From the NCBI GenBank assembly GCA_051892935.1, contig JBJFGS010000042.1, positions 1-34,730 of the forward strand: a stretch of DNA of 34,730 nucleotides. Reading direction: 5' to 3'. Position numbers and translations under genes: made by a program. The stretch comes from Candidatus Coprovivens sp. (lineage in GTDB: Bacteria; Bacillota_I; Bacilli_A; RF39; UBA660). How positions within the stretch are numbered: the first letter of the stretch is position 1; every line of letters starts with the position of its first letter. This document shows positions 28,408 to 34,730 of the stretch, one piece after another. Under the pieces are notes generated by a model. The model had not been told where the DNA came from. It saw only the letters and a program-made list of their open reading frames with translations, and did no database searches.

Positions 28408-30333
28408 ATGAAAAAAAGAAATAATACTTATGCAGCAATGGCTCCTTGGGCTATACTAGCTATAGCATTAGTAATGGCATTATTCTTTGTCAATGGAAAT
28501 AGTACAAAGATAAATGAACTAAAAACAGGAGAATTGATTCAAGCAATAAAAAACGAAGAAGTAACAGAAATTACAATTACTCCAAAAAGTAGTGAAAGTG
28601 TTTACTATATTGAAGGAAAACTAAAAGATTATGATAAAAACGAATCTTTTACAGCAAAAGTAATAAGTGAAGATGTTGACACTATTACAGAATATGCTAA
28701 AGAACAAAACATAAAAGAATATGATACAGAAAAAGATCCAGGTTCAAGTAACATTGGATATATAATTCTTAATATTGTTCCAATAGTAGTATTAATAGTT
28801 GCAGCATACTTTATGTTTACAAAACTAGCAGCTGGTAATAACAAATCTATGGATTTTGGAAAAAGTCGTGCTAAATTAAGTGAAGACGGCGGACAAGTTA
28901 GATTTAGTGATGTAGCTGGATTAAAAGAAGAAAAAGAAGAAGTTCAAGAACTAATTGATTTCTTAAAAAATCCAAAAAAGTTCCAAAAATTAGGTGCTAG
29001 AATACCAAAAGGTGTTTTATTAGTAGGTCCTCCAGGAACAGGTAAAACCTTACTAGCGAAGGCAGTAGCTGGAGAAGCTAATGTACCATTCTACTATATT
29101 AGTGGTTCAGACTTTGTTGAATTATTTGTTGGTGTAGGTGCATCACGTGTTAGAGATATGTTCAAACAAGCTAAACAAAGTGCTCCATGCTTAATATTTA
29201 TAGATGAAATTGATGCAGTAGGTCGCCAAAGAGGAACAGGTTTAGGTGGAGGACATGATGAACGTGAACAAACACTTAACCAATTATTAACAGAAATGGA
29301 TGGTTTTGGTGCTAATGAAGGAATAATAATTATTGCCGCAACAAATAGACCAGACGTACTTGACCCAGCATTACTAAGACCTGGAAGATTTGATAGACAA
29401 GTTACAGTAAGTTTACCAGATTCAAAAGAAAGAGAAGAAATACTTAATGTTCATGCTAAAAATAAAATATTTGCTCCAGAAGTAAATTTAGCTAATGTTA
29501 GTCAAAGAACTCCAGGATTTAGTGGAGCAGACTTAGAAAACTTACTTAACGAAGCAGCTCTACTTGCTGTTAGAAGAGAAAAAGAAGCTATAACAATGGA
29601 AGAAATAGATGAAGCAACAGACAGAGTTTTATTAGGCCCTGCTAAAACATCACGTCGTATTACAGAAAAAGAAAAACGTCTTGTTGCAATTCATGAAGCA
29701 GGACATGCTGTAATAGGCTTAAAACTACAAGATGCTCAAGAAGTTCACAAAATAACAATCATACCACGTGGTATGGCTGGTGGTTATACAATGATGCTTC
29801 CAAAAGAAGAAAAAATGGCTATTATGACTAAAGAAGAACTAATATCACAAATTACAGGCTTATTAGGAGGTCGTGCTAGTGAAGAAAACTTCCTAGGCGA
29901 AATAACAACTGGTGCATCAGACGACTTGAAAAAAGCAACAAAAATTGCTAGATCAATGGTAACTAAATATGGTATGAGTGATTTAGGACTAGTTCAACTT
30001 GAACATGAACAAGAAGGAGTATTCTTAGGAAGAGATTACAATAAATCTAAAGATTATTCTGATCAAGTTGCCTTAGAAGTAGATAAAGAAGTAAGAAAAG
30101 TACTTGATGAATGTTATAAAAACGCTAAAAAAATATTAGCTAAACATGAAACCTTAGTATTATTGCTTGCCGATACTTTAATGGAACATGAAACACTAAC
30201 AAGAGAACAAATTAAATCATTAGTAGAAACAGGTAAATTAGAACCAGAAAAAGATTCGACTACTACCGAAAAAGAAGAAAAAGCAACTAAAGAAGACAAA
30301 AAAGAAAAAAATAAAGAGTCAAAAAACGAATAA
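28408..30333 (+). CDS. ftsH: ATP-dependent zinc metalloprotease FtsH
   Basis: Two TMs, [40 protein letters not shown]. Confidence 0.98.
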   Translation: MKKRNNTYAAMAPWAILAIALVMALFFVNGNSTKINELKTGELIQAIKNEEVTEITITPKSSESVYYIEGKLKDYDKNESFTAKVISEDVDTITEYAKEQNIKEYDTEKDPGSSNIGYIILNIVPIVVLIVAAYFMFTKLAAGNNKSMDFGKSRAKLSEDGGQVRFSDVAGLKEEKEEVQELIDFLKNPKKFQKLGARIPKGVLLVGPPGTGKTLLAKAVAGEANVPFYYISGSDFVELFVGVGASRVRDMFKQAKQSAPCLIFIDEIDAVGRQRGTGLGGGHDEREQTLNQLLTEMDGFGANEGIIIIAATNRPDVLDPALLRPGRFDRQVTVSLPDSKEREEILNVHAKNKIFAPEVNLANVSQRTPGFSGADLENLLNEAALLAVRREKEAITMEEIDEATDRVLLGPAKTSRRITEKEKRLVAIHEAGHAVIGLKLQDAQEVHKITIIPRGMAGGYTMMLPKEEKMAIMTKEELISQITGLLGGRASEENFLGEITTGASDDLKKATKIARSMVTKYGMSDLGLVQLEHEQEGVFLGRDYNKSKDYSDQVALEVDKEVRKVLDECYKNAKKILAKHETLVLLLADTLMEHETLTREQIKSLVETGKLEPEKDSTTTEKEEKATKEDKKEKNKESKNE

Positions 30334-30339
30334 TAAATA

Positions 30340-30375
30340 AAAAAGGGAACTAACATATAACAGTTTCCTCTTTTT
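30340..30375 (+). terminator. Terminator after ftsH
   Basis: GGGAACT..AGTTTCC imperfect stem with A and T tails. Confidence 0.55.
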
Positions 30376-30463
30376 ATTTTTAAATTTAATAAAACCTATG
30401 ACATTTCTTTATATATATGATAAAATTATCTAGAGAAATAATACATGAAAAGGTGGTACATAT

Positions 30464-31249
30464 ATGGCAAAAGTTATTTCACTTGTTAATCAAAAGGGTG
30501 GAGTTGGGAAGACAACAACTAGTATAAATTTAGCTGCCGCACTAGGAAAAGAAGGTAAAAAAACATTATTAATAGATTTAGATCCACAAGGAAATGCTTC
30601 CACAGGATTAGGATATAGCAATGGTGATTTTAAACATGATATATACGATGTTATGACCGGAGCTTGCACAATAACAGAAGGAATAATTAAGACAAAATTC
30701 AAAAATTTATCATTAATCCCTTCAACAATTAATTTAGCTGGCGTAGATGTAGAATTTGTAAAACAAATGCTAGAAAACAATGAATTTAGACAAAACGAAC
30801 AATTAAAAAATGCTATAGCTGAAATTCAAGATAAATTCGATTATATTATAATAGATTGTCAGCCATCTTTAGGAATAACAACAATGAATGCTTTGGTAGC
30901 AAGTAATTCAATAATAATTCCAGTTCAATGCGAATTCTTTGCTTTAGAAGGAATTACGCAACTACTAAATTCAATAATAATGGTTCAATCAAATATGAAT
31001 CCAGAACTCCGTATAGAAGGAGTATTACTAACAATGCTTGATGGAAGAACAAATATCGGTTTAGATGTAATCGAAGAAGTACGAAAATACTTTAAAAACA
31101 AAGTATTTAACACTATAATTCCAAGACTTGTAAGACTAGTAGAAGCACCAAGTCATGGAAAACCAATTAGTGATTACGATCCAACTAGTCGTGCAACATT
31201 AGCTTACCAAAATTTAGCAAAGGAAGTGATTAGTAGAAATGGAGACTAA
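30464..31249 (+). CDS. soj: ParA/Soj chromosome partitioning ATPase
   Basis: NQKGGVGKTT, IDLDPQGNAS, PVQCEFFALEG, EAPSHG. Confidence 0.96.
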   Translation: MAKVISLVNQKGGVGKTTTSINLAAALGKEGKKTLLIDLDPQGNASTGLGYSNGDFKHDIYDVMTGACTITEGIIKTKFKNLSLIPSTINLAGVDVEFVKQMLENNEFRQNEQLKNAIAEIQDKFDYIIIDCQPSLGITTMNALVASNSIIIPVQCEFFALEGITQLLNSIIMVQSNMNPELRIEGVLLTMLDGRTNIGLDVIEEVRKYFKNKVFNTIIPRLVRLVEAPSHGKPISDYDPTSRATLAYQNLAKEVISRNGD

Positions 31250-32126
31250 AAGAAAAGCTTTAGGTAAAGGATTAGAACAACTATTTTCTAACGAAGTAAT
31301 TGATTTTGATAATTTCGAAAAAAAGATAGTAAATGAATCAAAAGATAGTGATATAGTAGAAATACCATTAACAGAAATTCGTAGCAATCCTTATCAACCT
31401 CGTAAAGAATTTGATGAAAAATCCTTAAGTGAATTTGCTGAAAGTATTAAAGAACACGGTGTAATTCAACCAATAATTGTTAAAAAAAGTATTAAAGGAT
31501 ACGAGATAATTGCTGGAGAACGTCGTACTAGAGCATCAAAAATGGCTGGCAAAACAACAATTCCTGCTATCATAAGAGATTTCTCTGATCAAGAAATGAT
31601 GGAAATAGCTCTTATTGAAAATATTCAAAGAGAAGACTTAAATCCAATAGAAGAAGCCGAAGCTCTAGCCAAAATAATTGAAACAAGCAAAATAACTCAA
31701 GAAGAAGCATCTAAAAAATTTGGTAAAAGCAGGAGTTATATTACAAATATCTTAGGACTATTAAACTTACCAGAACAAACTAAACAATATGTACGCGAAG
31801 GAAAAATATCAATGGGACATGCTAGAGTACTTAGTAAACTATCAGATGAAGAACAAATAAATTCGCTAGCAAATCTTATTATTGAAGATGGCCTAAGTGT
31901 TAGAGAAACAGAGAAGTTAACAAGCAATTCAGATATGCCTAAGAAAAACAAAATAAAAAGGGAACCTATATATAATGCAAGACACACAATATATGAAAGT
32001 ATAATGCGTGAAAGAATTGGTACAAAAGTAAAAATAGGAACAAAAAAAATTGAAATTCCATACGATTCAGATAATGATCTAGATAGAATTCTTGATATAT
32101 TAGGTATTAGTATGGATGGTGAATAA
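31239..32126 (+). CDS. spo0J: ParB/Spo0J partition protein
   Basis: ALGKGL, NPYQPRK, IAGERRTRA, ENIQREDLNPIEEA, GKSRSYITN. Confidence 0.96.
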   Translation: METKRKALGKGLEQLFSNEVIDFDNFEKKIVNESKDSDIVEIPLTEIRSNPYQPRKEFDEKSLSEFAESIKEHGVIQPIIVKKSIKGYEIIAGERRTRASKMAGKTTIPAIIRDFSDQEMMEIALIENIQREDLNPIEEAEALAKIIETSKITQEEASKKFGKSRSYITNILGLLNLPEQTKQYVREGKISMGHARVLSKLSDEEQINSLANLIIEDGLSVRETEKLTSNSDMPKKNKIKREPIYNARHTIYESIMRERIGTKVKIGTKKIEIPYDSDNDLDRILDILGISMDGE

Positions 32127-32944
32127 TGATAGATTTTTTTAAAGTAATTTTAAACATAATTACCAAAAAAGAAGTATATGGAGTAATAGTAACACTAGCA
32201 ATAGCATATTTTATCTATAAAACAGCTACAATCATCTTGGATGAAGTTATCAACTACGGTAAAAACAACTATGAAAAGAAAAAAAGAAGAACAGTTACAA
32301 ATCTATTTCAAAATATCATAAAATACTTTATACTAATAGTTGCTGCTTTAATTATTTTAAGTATATATGGAATAAATGTTGGTGCTATGATAGCCAGTTT
32401 AGGAATTGCAGCTACTATCATAGGTTTAGCTTTACAAGATACTTTTAAAGATATAATAAATGGTATAAGCATTATTACCGAGAATTATTTTATTGTTGGA
32501 GATATTGTAAAATATAATACCTTTACTGGTGAAGTCATTGAATTTGGTTTAAAAAGTACAAAATTAAAAAATGCTAATGGTGAAGTTTTAGTTATTGCTA
32601 ATAGAAATATTTTAGAGGTAACAAACTTATCACAAAAAGAACAGGCGGTAATGATTAATATTCCATTACCATATGAACAACCAGTAGAAAAAATAGAAAA
32701 AATAATAAAAAGTCAAATACTGCCACAATTCCAAAAAATTGAAAATGTTAATAAAGACAGTGTAAAATACCTTGGAGTCAATGAATTAGCTGATTCTTGC
32801 ATTAAATATCTTGTTCAATTCAATTGTAAAAGAGATACTCATTGGCAAGCTAAAAGAGATGCCAACAAAATTATTCTAACAACATTAGCCAAGAATAAAG
32901 TAAGCATTCCATATCCACAATTGGAGGTGCATTATGAAAAATGA
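32126..32944 (+). CDS. Small-conductance mechanosensitive channel (MscS family)
   Basis: GLALQD..KDIING, VGD.V.....GEV..GLKST, IPYPQ. Confidence 0.92.
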   Translation: MIDFFKVILNIITKKEVYGVIVTLAIAYFIYKTATIILDEVINYGKNNYEKKKRRTVTNLFQNIIKYFILIVAALIILSIYGINVGAMIASLGIAATIIGLALQDTFKDIINGISIITENYFIVGDIVKYNTFTGEVIEFGLKSTKLKNANGEVLVIANRNILEVTNLSQKEQAVMINIPLPYEQPVEKIEKIIKSQILPQFQKIENVNKDSVKYLGVNELADSCIKYLVQFNCKRDTHWQAKRDANKIILTTLAKNKVSIPYPQLEVHYEK

Positions 32945-33128
32945 TTATAAACTAAATGATATCGTGGAAATGAAGAAACCCCATGCTTGTCAAACTAACA
33001 AATGGCAAATAACAAGAATGGGCGTAGATATAAAAATAAAATGTATTAATTGTAATCGAGAAATAATGATGGACCGATTAGAATTTAACAAAAAACTAAA
33101 AAAAGTAATTGGAGGAAATAATGAATAA
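32934..33128 (+). CDS. DUF951 (YyzM-like) protein
   Basis: DIVEMKKPHAC..NKW.ITRMG.DIKIKC..C.R.IMM.R. Confidence 0.92.
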   Translation: MKNDYKLNDIVEMKKPHACQTNKWQITRMGVDIKIKCINCNREIMMDRLEFNKKLKKVIGGNNE

Positions 33129-34653
33129 GTTTAAAGAAAAGATAACTTTAAACCCAGTTATGACCTTCATAATACTAATATTAATAACAATATTATTAAG
33201 TGGATTTCTAAACTTAATAGGGTTTGAAGCAACTTATAATAAAATTGATGTTGAAACTGGTGAATACATAGTAACATCAGAAAGCGTAGAATCGTTACTT
33301 AGTCTTAGTGGAATTAAGTACATATTTACTTCAACAGTATCAAATTATATGGCATTTACACCTTTAAGTATGTTAATAATTGTCCTAATCGGAATTGGTA
33401 TAATGGAAAAAAGTGGTTTTATAAAAACAACTTTTACAATATTGACCAAATACTGCCGAAAATACACCATCACATTTTGGATTGTATTTTTAAGTATATT
33501 AATGAGTATTGCAGGAGACTTAGGATATGTAATAATGATTCCTCTAGCAGCCTTAATGTTTAGTTATGGTCGAAGAAATCCCATACTTGGTATAGTAGCT
33601 ACTTATGCGGCATTAACTTGTGGTAGTGGAATAAACTTCTTACTAACGGCAGTAGATAGTGAAATGCTAAAATATACACTTGCTAATGCTCGAAACATAG
33701 ACTTAAACTATGCACTAGGAACAACAACATTCATATTTATGATGGCTATAGCGGTTGTTTTAATAGCAGTAATAATTACCATCATAACTGAAAAAGTAAG
33801 TGTGTCAAATGTTGAAAAATACGAATTTAAAGAAGAAAAGAAAGAATTAAGACTAGGAAAAAGAGAATATAGAGGTTTAATATTTTCTATAACAGCAGGA
33901 GCATTATACTTATTTGTATTTATATATAACATTATACCGGGATTACCATTCTCAGGTAATTTTCTTGATTATAGTCAAGAATTCTATATAGATAAACTCT
34001 TTAGCTATGATTCATTCTTTAATAAAGGATTTGTCTTTATTGTAACAATATTCTTTATTATATTAGGTTTATTCTATGGTATCGGTGCTAAAACAATAAA
34101 AAATAATAATGATTTCTGTGAAGACTTAACACATTCGTTAGATGGAATAGGTAGAACTTTAATTCTAATACTATTAGGTTCAATTCTAATAAATGTTTTT
34201 AAAAAGAGTAATATTGGAACAGTTTTAACAATAATGCTTGCCAACACAATAGAAAAGACTTCGTTTAGTGGTATACCACTTATCATCTTATTATTCGTTG
34301 TAAGTTTTATATCATCGCTTTTCCTAACGAATCCTACAGCAAAATGGGCAATAATATCGACAACAGCTATTCCAGCATTTATGAATAGTAGTTTAAGTCC
34401 AGAATTTGCTCAAATAATAACAAGATTTGGCGAATGTGCTACATTAGGATTAACACCATTACTTGCATACTTTACAGTATATATATCATATATTGAAAAA
34501 TACAACCAAAATGATGAACCAATAAGTTTATTCAGAACGTTGAAATATCAATTAGGGTATAGTGCAACAACAGCAATAGTATTATTGCTACTAGTAATAG
34601 GATGGTACTTAATAGGAATTCCAATAGGAATTAATGGATTAGTTACTACATAA
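33121..34653 (+). CDS. AbgT family transporter
   Basis: NPVMTFI, SLLSLSGI, F.PL..IIVLIGIGIMEKSGF, GRRNPILG, AKWAI, RFGE...TPL. GGAGG before ATG 33121. Confidence 0.88.
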   Translation: MNKFKEKITLNPVMTFIILILITILLSGFLNLIGFEATYNKIDVETGEYIVTSESVESLLSLSGIKYIFTSTVSNYMAFTPLSMLIIVLIGIGIMEKSGFIKTTFTILTKYCRKYTITFWIVFLSILMSIAGDLGYVIMIPLAALMFSYGRRNPILGIVATYAALTCGSGINFLLTAVDSEMLKYTLANARNIDLNYALGTTTFIFMMAIAVVLIAVIITIITEKVSVSNVEKYEFKEEKKELRLGKREYRGLIFSITAGALYLFVFIYNIIPGLPFSGNFLDYSQEFYIDKLFSYDSFFNKGFVFIVTIFFIILGLFYGIGAKTIKNNNDFCEDLTHSLDGIGRTLILILLGSILINVFKKSNIGTVLTIMLANTIEKTSFSGIPLIILLFVVSFISSLFLTNPTAKWAIISTTAIPAFMNSSLSPEFAQIITRFGECATLGLTPLLAYFTVYISYIEKYNQNDEPISLFRTLKYQLGYSATTAIVLLLLVIGWYLIGIPIGINGLVTT

Positions 34654-34681
34654 AAAACAATTGAACATTCAATTGTTTTTT
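34652..34681 (+). terminator. Terminator after the AbgT gene
   Basis: AAAAAACAATTGAA-ca-TTCAATTGTTTTTT perfect inverted repeat. Confidence 0.75.
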
Positions 34682-34730
34682 CAGAGTGTCGACAAAGTCG
34701 GCACTTTATTTTTTTTAATTTATATTGTAT
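34682..34730. mobile_element. Start of an IS/MITE-like repeat, terminus CAGAGTGTCGACAAA
   Basis: Inverted copy of 33-47 with 1 mismatch, directly after a terminator, at the window edge. Confidence 0.55.

Noticed and set aside
2978-34286. All minus-strand ORFs in the track
   Set aside because: Nearly all are short shadows antisense to well-supported + strand genes, with low-complexity F/L/I/S composition and no recognisable motifs

Overview
Very AT-rich chromosomal segment of a genome-reduced Firmicute. The gene set and the collapsed Bacillus-like gene order suggest an RF39-like member of Bacilli (inference). It uses the standard genetic code, and essentially all real genes are on the + strand. 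The backbone is ATP-grasp, rpiB, ywzB-like, spoIID, spoIIQ, a degenerate Mbl-like gene, hpf, secA, then prfB (canonical +1 frameshift), tilS, ftsH, soj, spo0J, MscS, DUF951 and AbgT. secA and prfB, normally adjacent, are about 18 kb apart. The first about 7 kb of that gap is a tandem stack of integrase-less elements inserted into the secA 3' end. Three differently recoded copies of the PCGSGKKYKQCCGK-stop tail (7845, 13810, 14698) delimit them, and each element has its own arm-type repeats. Element A is a decayed integrative-mobilizable element (integrase start fused to a MobV tail, plus a MobV-type oriT). It carries a candidate three-gene anti-phage operon (nuclease-less Mrr-associated scaffold, DUF4041/GIY-YIG nuclease of PD-lambda-1/SNIPE type, acidic repeat protein) and an AAA ATPase. 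Element B is a ~0.9 kb single-gene GNAT cassette. The rest of the gap holds orphans, a paralogous pair of SH3 cell-wall enzymes and an adenine uptake/deaminase operon. Both window ends are IS-like termini next to terminator hairpins. All family calls come from motif recognition by eye; no searches were run.
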